This document shows, in pieces, positions 19,019 through 30,200 of a stretch of DNA of 64,000 nucleotides (position 1 is the stretch's first letter; each line of letters starts with the position of its first letter). The stretch is from a virus. Where the stretch lies: positions 1-64,000 of IMG/VR virus record IMGVR_UViG_3300015263_000719; one strand, 5' to 3'. Under the pieces are notes generated by a model. That model did not search any database. It was not told where the DNA came from and was given only the letters and a program-made list of their open reading frames with translations. The position numbers and the translations under genes were made by a program.

Positions 19019-22000
19019 ATGCTTTTCAAAGTCATCAAAGTTTTTGATTTTACCATTTTAGCACCTTCACCTTCAAACTTAGTAATTTTAAATCTTACAC
19101 CAATATGTCCTCTGTTATCTCCAGCAATAAGTTTATCAGATTTTAGAGTTACAAATAAAGGTCTACCTTCATGGTCAAGAACTTCTACACCAGATTTAAC
19201 AGCACCTGGAGTATCTTCAACTTCTTTTACCTGTTTCATTATTGAATCCCAGGTAGCTTCTCTATCAACCATATCTTCAAGATTAGGTTGACCAAGATCA
19301 TATACCATAGGTTCCCTTTTGTATTTAGTCTCTTTACCAGGGAGTCTTCTTTGATGTGTTGCAATTACAGCATATTGTCCTGCTTTTGGAATATGAAATT
19401 TGTTCTTTGCTGAATTCCACTGCATAGACTTATCTGTTTCAATCCACTTCTTTACAGCAGCAGCTTCAACAAGATCAAGTTGTCTCCATACTCCAGCTTC
19501 TCTGATCCACATATTATTTTTAGGAGTATGCATTGCAGGATTAGTTAATGAATCTCTTTCTACAATGAATATACCTGTACCTACATCTGGTATAGAAAGC
19601 TCATATTCATCACCTTGGAAGAATTCATCAACTGCTGGTTTATTATCTAAAAGCTTTTTAAATCCAAATGTCATAACAACAGTTCCCATACTACCAACCA
19701 TAACAGAATCACCATCCTTTGCAAGATTTTTATCAAAGATTTCTTTCATCTTATTATATCTTGCTAAGAACCATGCTCCATCAGTAGTAGGTTTACCGTC
19801 ATCTGACACAAATTTATTATTAAGTGCCTGTAAATTAGCTATACCTTCTTTAGTTGTATGATCAAGATTTAATTCATTACCTTTGCTATCCAGGAATCTT
19901 CTTGGATCTGGCATGTATCCCAATCTGTACCAAGTATTACCTTTCTCATCTGTTCTTACAAACTGAGGAGGTACATTCATTTTCTTATCAGTCTTATACC
20001 ATAGATGAACTGCTTTACCATCAAGCTTAACATGTCCATTTACAGAAGATACTTTACTATTGTGGTCATTTATTTTACCATAACCATCTCCATCATAATC
20101 ATCTACTGACAACATTGCATTATCTTTCATATCTCCATAGGATAAACTGGAAAGAAATGCTTTTAATTCAGCAGGTTGATTCTCTGTTTGAAGTCTGTTA
20201 AAGTATCTGTATTCATGAACAACTGTATCAAGTACAGAAGCTTTAAGATTATCATCTTTCTTTTTCTTAGCTGCCTGAGAACTTTTAATATTATCTATTC
20301 TGAATTGTGCATCATCAGCAGCATCAGCATAATTGTTTTGTTTTTCTCCTGTATATTTTTTAGCTTTATTTTCAAAAGCCTTTTTCCATGTATCAAGAAT
20401 AGCAAGTTGTTCAGCTTCTGTCTTAGATGAATCACCTATTTCAGCATTATACTGATCCCAATCTTTCTTAAACTCTTCATCTGTTACATTATCAAGTTTG
20501 GTTTTATTCTTAGCTATGTCTGCTGCTTTTTGTTTCTGAGTAACAGCTTCTGGTTTAACACCTCTTATAATAGCACCTTCTCTTCTTAATTCAGCAGAAG
20601 CATAAGCATAGTTTTTAATAAGCTTATCATTAACATCTTTAAATGTTTTTTGTCCTTCAGGAGTAAACATCCAGTTATAGTTGTTTACCAGTTCAACTTT
20701 TTGTGCTCTTAAAGCAGCTAAATCACCTACAAGTCTAGCAACCTTCTGTGCATCAGAAGGATCAAGTGCTTCAACTAAACTCTTAATTTCTTTACCATAT
20801 GCATCCATAGCCTCAGCTACATTATCAAAGTCTTCAATGTTTTTATTGAATTCCTTTTCAATGGTTTTTAATCTTTCAGCTTCTGCTTTAGCCTCAGTAT
20901 TTCTTTTTTCTCTTAAAGCATCAAGTTTCTTCTGAGCAGTATTCCACTTTTCATAAGTAATTGATTTATCTTTTTTAGCCTGATCTATTTTCTTTTGATG
21001 AATATCTTCCATCTCAAGTCTTACTCTATTGATTTCCCAACCAAGATTCTGCATTTCAACAGACTGTTCTGGAGTTGGTTTACCACCAGTTTGAGATCTA
21101 AGTTCATCTAATTTCTTTCTAAGTTTTGATAACTTAGGATGTGTTTCTTTTTCTTCAGCAAGAGTACTTACAAGTGCATCATATTCTTCCTCTGCCTGAT
21201 CAAGACTTTTTCTGGCTTTAGTGACTGATCCTTTTTGAGCTGCCATTTTGTGTTTATAATCCACAAAGGTTTTTAATTTGTTTGGATCAATACCTTGTGC
21301 AATAGAGGTTATTTCTGATGAAAGATTTTCTTCTCTAATACCAGAGTCTTTAATTCTATATATAAGGTGAGCAAGTGCTGTTTTAAAGTTTTGAGCATTA
21401 TCATCTGAATAATCTTCAGATGGTTCAAATACTTCTGCATCAGACATAGCTGAATCTACAGCTTTTGCCTTTTCTTTAAATGATTGTATTACCTGACTTT
21501 TTCTTTTGGCAAGTTCTTCTTCAGTAGCATTTTGATAACCAAACTCTGCAGTAAACTCATCAATGCTCATATTTTCTACTTTTGATACATATGCATCAAC
21601 AGTATCTCCCATCATACCAGCATCATATCTTGCAGCCAAGAATCCAAATGTTTTATCAGCTTCAGCATTTTTAGCTTCAAATAATCTACCTTCTTCTATT
21701 GCATCACCAATAGCTTCATTGCCTGTATACATTTGATTATTAGCTTTTATTTGCTCTCTGATATTATCATAGGTTCTTTTAGTATTTCTCCATGCAAGAT
21801 GTTCCTGTTCTTTTTTTGCTCCTTTATATTCAAAGATAGCTTCAGCTATTCCTCCAGCCCATCCTTCTTTTTTCCATGGAGCTGCTCTAAATGTAGGCAT
21901 ACTCATAGCACCTACAAGCATTCCAATACCAATTTCTTTTTGACCTTCTTTAGTACCATATGTTTCACCTAATGCCTGAGTGATTGCATCAATCATTCCA

Positions 22001-23169
22001 GCAGATGCTTTAGTACCATCAGAACTATAACTATTTTGAAGATAATTAAGTGCAGTATTTGAGATTACTGATTGCCCACCTTCTTCAACTATACCTTCAG
22101 CAATTGGATTTTTTACTACTCTCCAACCAACATCAACAATTCTATCAAGTTTATTGGCAGCTTTACTACCAGTTTTGTAAGCTGCTCCAAATTTACCTGT
22201 AAGTAAATCACCAGCTTCTTGTTTAATACCTTTAGTGAAACCAACTTTAGCTTGTGTTCTAAGACCTGGACCAAAGATAGATTTAAACTGTTCAGCATTA
22301 GACCAACCAACAAGAGCAAGATTAGCTGCAAATACAGCATTAGCTTGTTTGTTAATAAAGTCAGCAGCCATTCCAAGATCTTCTGCAGATGCATCAGGAT
22401 GTTCAACTCTAAAAGCTTCCATAGCCTGATCTCTGAAATGTCTAGCTTCTACTCCAGATTCATAACCAGCTCCTGTAATAACTTGTCTTAATGTGTTAAC
22501 AGCTCTTTCTCCTCTTTTCATTTTTTTAGCTTGATTAACACCTTTCATTAATTGTTTTGCAGTGGCAAGCAACTTAGCTGTTTGTGCTGCTTGAATAGGT
22601 GAGGCTGCTCCAGCAGAAAGTCCTGTGGCAGCAGTAAGAATTAATTCAGACAAAATAGCACCAGCAGTAAAAGATAGTGCACCTGATACATCATTAAGCC
22701 AGAAATTAGCTGAACCTAGTGATTGAAAGAAACTGGCATCTTGTTCTGCTTTTGTATAATAGTGAGCAAGATTATCATCCATTTTTTCATTCCAATCATC
22801 AAGATGTTCTTGAAAATCATTATCAAAGAAAGAACCAAATTCACCAGTAGCAAAAGAGTCACCAAGTCCATATAATGAACCAATGGTTGCACCTGCTACA
22901 GCAGTAGCTGTTTTGCCTAAGAACTTAGCAACACCTCTTCCAAGCTTTTCTTTGAAAGGTTGTCTCTGTGCTCTTTCTTCATCCATATCAAGAAAAGGCA
23001 CTGCATTGACTCCATATCTTAAATATGTACTAAGAGGATCAATGCCTTCATATTCAGTTATTGATGTTTGTCTACCTGTTAACTCAGGTATTCCTGCACT
23101 AAGAGTACTTCTTCTTCCTACTCCTTCTACCAATCCAGTTATAGGATTTATAGTATTTTTGTCTGCCAT
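19015..23169 (-). CDS. large virion cargo/ejection protein with hydrophobic helices and coiled coil; possibly the N-terminal part of a fused RNAP polyprotein
   Basis: ERAQRQ..KLGRGVAKF N-terminus, Ala/Gly-rich hydrophobic segments, EGIVEEGGQ; directly upstream of the RNAP. Confidence 0.7.
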   Translation of the reverse strand: MADKNTINPITGLVEGVGRRSTLSAGIPELTGRQTSITEYEGIDPLSTYLRYGVNAVPFLDMDEERAQRQPFKEKLGRGVAKFLGKTATAVAGATIGSLYGLGDSFATGEFGSFFDNDFQEHLDDWNEKMDDNLAHYYTKAEQDASFFQSLGSANFWLNDVSGALSFTAGAILSELILTAATGLSAGAASPIQAAQTAKLLATAKQLMKGVNQAKKMKRGERAVNTLRQVITGAGYESGVEARHFRDQAMEAFRVEHPDASAEDLGMAADFINKQANAVFAANLALVGWSNAEQFKSIFGPGLRTQAKVGFTKGIKQEAGDLLTGKFGAAYKTGSKAANKLDRIVDVGWRVVKNPIAEGIVEEGGQSVISNTALNYLQNSYSSDGTKASAGMIDAITQALGETYGTKEGQKEIGIGMLVGAMSMPTFRAAPWKKEGWAGGIAEAIFEYKGAKKEQEHLAWRNTKRTYDNIREQIKANNQMYTGNEAIGDAIEEGRLFEAKNAEADKTFGFLAARYDAGMMGDTVDAYVSKVENMSIDEFTAEFGYQNATEEELAKRKSQVIQSFKEKAKAVDSAMSDAEVFEPSEDYSDDNAQNFKTALAHLIYRIKDSGIREENLSSEITSIAQGIDPNKLKTFVDYKHKMAAQKGSVTKARKSLDQAEEEYDALVSTLAEEKETHPKLSKLRKKLDELRSQTGGKPTPEQSVEMQNLGWEINRVRLEMEDIHQKKIDQAKKDKSITYEKWNTAQKKLDALREKRNTEAKAEAERLKTIEKEFNKNIEDFDNVAEAMDAYGKEIKSLVEALDPSDAQKVARLVGDLAALRAQKVELVNNYNWMFTPEGQKTFKDVNDKLIKNYAYASAELRREGAIIRGVKPEAVTQKQKAADIAKNKTKLDNVTDEEFKKDWDQYNAEIGDSSKTEAEQLAILDTWKKAFENKAKKYTGEKQNNYADAADDAQFRIDNIKSSQAAKKKKDDNLKASVLDTVVHEYRYFNRLQTENQPAELKAFLSSLSYGDMKDNAMLSVDDYDGDGYGKINDHNSKVSSVNGHVKLDGKAVHLWYKTDKKMNVPPQFVRTDEKGNTWYRLGYMPDPRRFLDSKGNELNLDHTTKEGIANLQALNNKFVSDDGKPTTDGAWFLARYNKMKEIFDKNLAKDGDSVMVGSMGTVVMTFGFKKLLDNKPAVDEFFQGDEYELSIPDVGTGIFIVERDSLTNPAMHTPKNNMWIREAGVWRQLDLVEAAAVKKWIETDKSMQWNSAKNKFHIPKAGQYAVIATHQRRLPGKETKYKREPMVYDLGQPNLEDMVDREATWDSIMKQVKEVEDTPGAVKSGVEVLDHEGRPLFVTLKSDKLIAGDNRGHIGVRFKITKFEGEGAKMVKSKTLMTLKSM

Positions 23170-23180
23170 GTTTGTTTAAA

Positions 23181-25298
23181 TTATTTTTGTTCTATAATCT
23201 CAGTTCCATTTAACTGTTGTTTAGCTTCTTCTATACTTGTAGCTAAACCACTACTAACTCTCTGTTGAGCTGCATATAAGTCTGCAAGATCGTTATAAAA
23301 ATTGACAATTTCAAGTTTATGACCATTTATATATCCAACTTTTTTTCCATTCTCTATTTTTACTTCAATATCATGTCCTTGAATTGCTCTTACTTTATGT
23401 TGTTGAGCACCATCAAAAGATACTGCATTTACTGCCATATCAGCAAGTACAGCAGGTGTTTGTAAAAATTCAGTTACAAAAGGATTATCTACACCACCTT
23501 CTTCAGCACTCATAGGTGAATAAAATTCAATAGGAACTTTTTCTATTCCTCCTTCTACTTTTCTTACAGCATGACCTTTAGCATGCCATAACCTTTTATT
23601 ACTTTGAATAGTATTCTGAGTCATACCTACATTCTGTGGTTCTATCTCAAGATAGTAACCTGGCATAAATTGATCACCAGGCACACCATTAGGTTTACCT
23701 GGAGTAATATATGTCATACTTGATGCCTTAGTCATCAATTGACCTGCTGTCTCTTCCTGAGCTACTTTAGCTCTTTTAGGAGCTATATCAAATCCAGGAA
23801 ATGTATATATAGTGGTTGTACTTCTTACATGTTCACCACCTTTATTTTGTGACTCTAACCATTTATCAGCAGCTTTAGCTTGTTCTTCTTTGGCTGCATT
23901 AAGATCAGCATTAAGCCTATCCTGCATTATAAGCATGCCTTTACTTAATGTTTCATAATCAGTAGGAGTTATATTAGGATCATTTGACATATTTCTTAAA
24001 CCTTCTTCAAGATCAGCTATTTGAGATTCTATATTAGCTATATTGGCATTTTCTGCTACAGTATTTTGCAATGCAAGATCTAATCTACCTTGAGCTGATT
24101 CTGATGCAGCATAAGAATCCTGAATGTCACTTTTAGCCTGCTTTTCAAAAGTAGGATCAATTTTATTCTTTTCCAAATAGTCTGCCTTTGATGAATATAA
24201 AGGAAAACCAGTATCTTCATCAACAATCTTATTAACCCAATTTTCATTTAGAATATCATCTGGAGTAATATCTGCATGATATTGCTCAGGTATACTCATC
24301 ATACCAAGGAATCTATCTCTGGTTGTCTCTCTATTTACTTTTTGAGTATCCAGATAAGTAGTCATTTCTTCTACAGTATTCCCTGCAGGAAATTTTGTTT
24401 CTAATCCAATATTAGCAGTTCTTGTACCAGCAGTAGTAATCTTTTCAGTTTTTGCAGCAGCAGCTAAGGCAGCGTCATACTCCTTATCATTAAGATGTTG
24501 GAACTTTAACTTCTTATATCCTGCAGCAGATACAGCAGTTTCAACTGCATCATGTAATATCTGATCAGCATTTTCACCATGAAGATCTGCTCTGTCTTTT
24601 AGATAAGCCTGAATCTGAGGATTATCTTTAGCTACATTATAAAGATGTGTTCTTAATTCTGATTCTGATACAAACTCTTTAGTGTCATGTCTGTAATAGC
24701 CTTTTGGAGTTTTAACATAACCTTTGGATACAAGATCAGATTCCCACTTTTTACCAAAGTCAGTTAAGTAAGCTGGTATATCAACTACATCAGCAAGTTG
24801 TCTTCCTTCAAAAGTCCTGTAAGAACCTGGAGTATTCTGATCAAGAGTTCCTTCCCACTTATCAATAAGCTCAATAGCTTTAGTTTTAGTAAGTGCATCT
24901 ATCTTATCATTCTTTTGAATACCTTGTTTGTAAGCTTCAATTCTGGCAAGGTTATCTTCATAAGCTTTAGCTTCACCTCCAGGTTGAAAGTCTCTTCCAA
25001 CTTGTCTTACCAGTTCAGATTGCATCATTTTAGCTCTGGCAATATCTCCTGTACTATACAAATTAGTAATCTGATCTATACCTTCCTGTCTTTTCTTCAT
25101 ATATTCAGATACATTACCTGTATCTGTTTTGTAATGAGCAGGAACTTTATCAAAAATAAGTTCAGCAGTATCCTTTTCTAATTGTGTCTTAGCCAGTATC
25201 TCATCCCAAGCTTTAAAGTCTGGTATAAACTCCTGGGGAACATAATGCTGCATTCCCCAATCATATTGTACTGGTGTATCAAATCTATTTATTGGCAT
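23181..25298 (-). CDS. virion cargo protein (crAss cargo-2-like)
   Basis: N-terminal NRFD..Y...YVPxxF motif; position between cargo 1 and the RNAP block. Confidence 0.55.
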   Translation of the reverse strand: MPINRFDTPVQYDWGMQHYVPQEFIPDFKAWDEILAKTQLEKDTAELIFDKVPAHYKTDTGNVSEYMKKRQEGIDQITNLYSTGDIARAKMMQSELVRQVGRDFQPGGEAKAYEDNLARIEAYKQGIQKNDKIDALTKTKAIELIDKWEGTLDQNTPGSYRTFEGRQLADVVDIPAYLTDFGKKWESDLVSKGYVKTPKGYYRHDTKEFVSESELRTHLYNVAKDNPQIQAYLKDRADLHGENADQILHDAVETAVSAAGYKKLKFQHLNDKEYDAALAAAAKTEKITTAGTRTANIGLETKFPAGNTVEEMTTYLDTQKVNRETTRDRFLGMMSIPEQYHADITPDDILNENWVNKIVDEDTGFPLYSSKADYLEKNKIDPTFEKQAKSDIQDSYAASESAQGRLDLALQNTVAENANIANIESQIADLEEGLRNMSNDPNITPTDYETLSKGMLIMQDRLNADLNAAKEEQAKAADKWLESQNKGGEHVRSTTTIYTFPGFDIAPKRAKVAQEETAGQLMTKASSMTYITPGKPNGVPGDQFMPGYYLEIEPQNVGMTQNTIQSNKRLWHAKGHAVRKVEGGIEKVPIEFYSPMSAEEGGVDNPFVTEFLQTPAVLADMAVNAVSFDGAQQHKVRAIQGHDIEVKIENGKKVGYINGHKLEIVNFYNDLADLYAAQQRVSSGLATSIEEAKQQLNGTEIIEQK

Positions 25299-27235
25299 TA
25301 TGTTGTACTTTCTTTAGCTTGTCCAACAGCATTATAAAACTTAATGTAATCATTTACATCAGTTGATCCAGATTTTAATCTATCAATAAGTTCTTTTGTT
25401 AATCCAAAGTTCTCATATTTAGAACCTAGAATAGCAAGACCTTCTGCAATTGTCATCTTAGCAAGCTCCTGGTTATTTTCAATCATATCTTTAACATACT
25501 GTTTCTTGTTAAATTCAGAACCAATCTGACTTAGATTACTATAGAAGTCTCTAACAAATAATCTTTGTCGAGCATCATTCATAGACTGTCTTGTTTGTTG
25601 TTCTAATTTAGCAACTTTATCAGATTCACCTGTTTGAAATTTAACATTAGCTTCTGCAGATCTTAATGCATTATTTGCTTCTTGTTCTTTCATCTTAATA
25701 TCAGATGCTGTTCTTCCAAGTTCACCAATTGCTTTTGATGCAAGTACTTGAGATGTAGTAAAACTACCAGCATTGTTTCTTGCATTTTCAATTGCAGCAT
25801 TAGTATAACCTCTTGCTTCATTAAGTGCAGAAGTATAGTTAACTCCAAGACTTTCCATAATTTGTTCAACTTCTGGAATATTCATATTCTGTTGTAACTT
25901 TTCTCTTTCAGCAGGTTTAACTGAATCTAAAAAGCTTTGTACTAATGCAGAACCTTTTAATCCAATAGCAACTTTATTAAGGTCAAAATCAGATTTACCA
26001 CCTGTTGTTGATTCAGTAGGAGTACCAGTGAATACATTATCAGTAGTAAGTTTTGTATCATCAGTAGCATAATCATTTGGAGTTGCTGCTACTCTTGGTT
26101 TAACCTGTAAAGCATCAGGAACAGTTATACCTTGTCCATTACCTCCAAAAGGATCAAAACTTCCATTCCATGTTCCAGTAGTAGTTGGTTGTTGTTGAGA
26201 TGTTGAATCATCATAAAGTTTAGGTCCTGAAACTGGAGGAATATAACTATTATCAATAGGTTTTAATTCACTGGGAGCTTTTGTAGGATAATCACTCAAT
26301 CCTAAATTCTTAAATCCTGTAAGAATAGGATCTTCACCAGGAGGATCACCTAAATAACCACCTGGAGCATATGATTTCTTTCTCATACCACCACCTGAAC
26401 AATACTCAAGTAACTCACCACCATATTTGTGAATAAGTGTTTCTCCAAGATTCTTAATTTGTTTAACTGCTTCATTTCTTTTAGCAAGTTGTTCCATCTC
26501 AAAGTTTTTACTTCTCTTATCTATATCATTAAGGTCAGAGAATTTGTATTTTTTATCTATCATTTTTGACTTATCTGAAAAGAGTATTCCATCTGTATCT
26601 TTTAATCTGTCAGAAAATATAAAGGGTTGATTATTATTAATATCAAATCCTGTTTCACCTCCTTCAACTTCTGCATCTGGAGATGCTGCATTAACATTCA
26701 TATTCTGATCAATTGGTATTCCACCATTCTCATGACTTGGACCTTCAAATTCAGTTAGCTCACCACCAAAAGCTTTTTTATTATGAGCTATCTTTTTAAA
26801 TGTTTTAGCAAGATTATATCTTTTAGAACCTGGAGGACATGAATCACTTCCAAATTTCTCACCTGTACATACACCTTCAGTACCTCTACGCTTTATAGAT
26901 TCTGTTGCTTTTTGAATCCAACCACCTTTTGCCATAAAAGGATTAGTATCATTCTTCATCATACCCATAGGATTCTCTTCCATATGAGCAGCAGATCTTC
27001 CTGTTTTAATAGCTTCCTGTACTCCTTGTACACTTTGCTGTATAAGACCAATTAAGGCAGCATAACCACTTCCCTGTCCACCAAAACCATTTGCTAAAGT
27101 TTTAGCACTATCTACAGCTTTGTTTACATCACCACCATCATTCATAGTACCAATCCACATTTTACCTTTTTTAGGATCATTCTTTTTAGCATACTCTAAA
27201 AGTTGTGCTAATGGTAATTTAATTTTTTTCTTCAT
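25298..27235 (-). CDS. virion cargo protein 1 (crAss001 gp45-like)
   Basis: GPSHENGGI and AEVEGGE..IFSDRL motifs, recurring GG motifs, C-terminal coiled coil; follows the muzzle gene. Confidence 0.7.
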   Translation of the reverse strand: MKKKIKLPLAQLLEYAKKNDPKKGKMWIGTMNDGGDVNKAVDSAKTLANGFGGQGSGYAALIGLIQQSVQGVQEAIKTGRSAAHMEENPMGMMKNDTNPFMAKGGWIQKATESIKRRGTEGVCTGEKFGSDSCPPGSKRYNLAKTFKKIAHNKKAFGGELTEFEGPSHENGGIPIDQNMNVNAASPDAEVEGGETGFDINNNQPFIFSDRLKDTDGILFSDKSKMIDKKYKFSDLNDIDKRSKNFEMEQLAKRNEAVKQIKNLGETLIHKYGGELLEYCSGGGMRKKSYAPGGYLGDPPGEDPILTGFKNLGLSDYPTKAPSELKPIDNSYIPPVSGPKLYDDSTSQQQPTTTGTWNGSFDPFGGNGQGITVPDALQVKPRVAATPNDYATDDTKLTTDNVFTGTPTESTTGGKSDFDLNKVAIGLKGSALVQSFLDSVKPAEREKLQQNMNIPEVEQIMESLGVNYTSALNEARGYTNAAIENARNNAGSFTTSQVLASKAIGELGRTASDIKMKEQEANNALRSAEANVKFQTGESDKVAKLEQQTRQSMNDARQRLFVRDFYSNLSQIGSEFNKKQYVKDMIENNQELAKMTIAEGLAILGSKYENFGLTKELIDRLKSGSTDVNDYIKFYNAVGQAKESTT

Positions 27236-27256
27236 AGTTCCTCCATTTTTAAATAA

Positions 27257-30200
27257 TTAATGTTTTGATACAAATGTTCTACTATTAATGATGTCCAGAA
27301 TAATCTTTATATCATCAGTATTCTCTTTTGTAAAATATAATCTGACAAGATGATATTTATCTTTCATATCAGCTAAATTGTATTCAGATTTATTATAGTC
27401 TATATTATCTGTAAATGTAACACAATCAATATATCCTTGTCTTTCTGAATCTGACAGGTTAAACTGATCAGCCAATTCATCAAAGTTTGATGTAATAGAA
27501 GGTTGATCTATTGATAAATCTCTGATAGCTGATACTTTATAATCCTTTTCAGTAAGGATAACATCTTTTTCTGTATTGGACCAACCTATCCTGTTACCAT
27601 GAGGGTTAACCTCTTTATCAAGATATATAAGCTTTTGATCACCTGTAGATTGATTGCTATTATAAATTAGCATTTTATCAAATGTTTTATTAGCAACATC
27701 AATCCATCTCTTATTATTTACATCCCAGACTTTTGATCTGGAATACCAATGAAGAGCATGCAGATCATCTGTAGGTAAATTATTGATTGTATAGTCAACT
27801 ATAAAATCATATTTATCTCCATAGTAAGTTGTAAAGTTTCTATCTACATGTTTCCAAGCCTGATTATCAAAATTAAAGCTGAAGAAAGTATCTCCATTAT
27901 TCATCATAACAGATGGTTGATAACTATGATAACTAATCCAGGCTTGTACTAAATAACTATAACTTATTGTCCAGGATTCATTTGTAAAATACTTTGGATC
28001 ACCAAGAGGTACAAAAGTTTCAAGACCTGTTTCAGATACATTTATCCATGTATTTCTTGCTGGAAGATAATAGAATCCAGCTCTGTTCATTCCATTAGTA
28101 TTATATTCTCCATTGAACTTTTTTGGTAAGAAATCAGTTTTATGAAGTATATATCTTTTATATCTTGGATCAAAAGTTGCATCTATACCTAATCCATTAA
28201 TAGTAGTTGTACTATCTGGACAAGTATGTTCTATTTTCCATTCATCAAGTAAACATAAAAGTTTACTTGGTAACTCTTCTTTGAACCAATTGACAAGACC
28301 TCTGTTAAGAGGTTGTAGACCATTGGCAGTATAATTAAATACTTCACCACTTTGTTGATCAACATAAGTCCAACCATACTCTGAAAGTACAGCATTAAAT
28401 CTTCCCTGATTACCACCATACCCCCAATCAACTTTAATATATTCCTGTTCTGGAATAGCTAAGAAATCACCAATACCTGTATAAACAGTATCTTCATCTG
28501 CCTGTAAGGTTCTTGCATTTGGAGTTATAAAGAATGAGGAATTTTCAGTAACAACCAACATTCTGTTTCTGTCATATTTTACATTAGTTATTTCACCAGC
28601 ATGTGTTCCTATTGTAATTCTATCTAAAGGTTTAAAAATTCTCATAGCATCAGCTAATTCTTCATCAAAAGCTTTTGCTGACCATATAGCTGTATTAGGT
28701 TCTCTATCATTACAATCATCACAATAATCATAATTCTGACCAAGACTTATATAATTATTTTCACCAAATGCTTTTAAAAGATTATAATCTGGATTGTACC
28801 AATATAATTCTGGTAAGAGTATATCTCTTATCTTGTATCCTTTATCATTATTCTGACTATCTGAACAATCCTTATCATCATCTTCACATATAGTTACATA
28901 TTTATTTTTGTAGTATCTCTCAAGATCAGCTATGTAATCTGTTCCTGATCTGAAGTCACTAAACTTTTTAGTTAATTCTCCTTCTCCTGTATGTCTCAAA
29001 TCAAAGTTAACTGTTGATTCAGAATAAACTGTATCAAGCAATTCAGATATAAATAATACTGAACCATCTCCAAACAAAGGAGCATCAGATGCTTTAATGA
29101 ATGGATCAATTGTACACTCTGCATATCTACCTTCAATGTTTTCAGCAATAACTGAAGCTGTTGTTACAGCAGTTATTCCAACTGCAGCAATGATTATTGC
29201 TGCTACTGCAATAGAACCACCATAAGTTACCACTGCAAGAACTGCTGATATTACAATTCCTATTATTGCCCATATAGAATTTGTTTGAGAAGGATCAACA
29301 TCTGATAACCATGATCTGATTAAATCAAGATAGTTAATAAATGTATCTCCACCAAATACTTCAAATGTTCCTGAACTGCCAAAGAAAGGACAGCTATGTG
29401 TTCTGTAATAAATTAAACTATCAAGATTACAATATACTTCAGCATCTCTTTTTAAATAGGTATATTGTAATTCAAATAAGTTTCTATCAGGAACTTCAGA
29501 AGTTTTTATATAATTTATCTTATTGTCCCATAACAGATTTACTACTTCTTTATCACCAACTGTTTTTGATAGTGCAGATACAATTTTATTTTGTTCTATA
29601 TCAATCTTATGAGGATTGATATCAATAATAGAATCTCCTCTATATATTCTGTTTCCTATAAATAAATCATCTCCTCCATACTTTCTTGCAGCTTCATTAT
29701 ATATATTATCACTACTTGTTTGATGAGCAGTATTAAATCCTACTTTATGATTTATATAAGCATAATCAGCATTTTGAATTCTACCATTTACTTTAATATC
29801 AGGTGAGATAAATTCATTATCCTGAGTTGCATTATGATTCATAGATACTACAACTGATCTTTCATCAGTTGAACATGTAGAATGTAAAAATCCTGCAGCA
29901 AGTACTGTCTTTGTGAAATCATCTCTATTTACTCTAACAAAACTATGTCCTATAATATCAGGATGAGGATATGTTACATTGCTGAATAACACACCTAATG
30001 GTCTTATTGTATTGGTATCATAATCATAATGTGGAACTAAATTTCTATCTGGAAGTCTATGATGTCTAATAGGTGTATTGATTAGTTCATTACCACAAGA
30101 ATCTACTCCCCAAATAGATTTACCTTCACAATCATATATAGCAGGATAACAAGCATTAGCACATTCATGATAACCCATTGTACCTCTCATATCACCAGTT

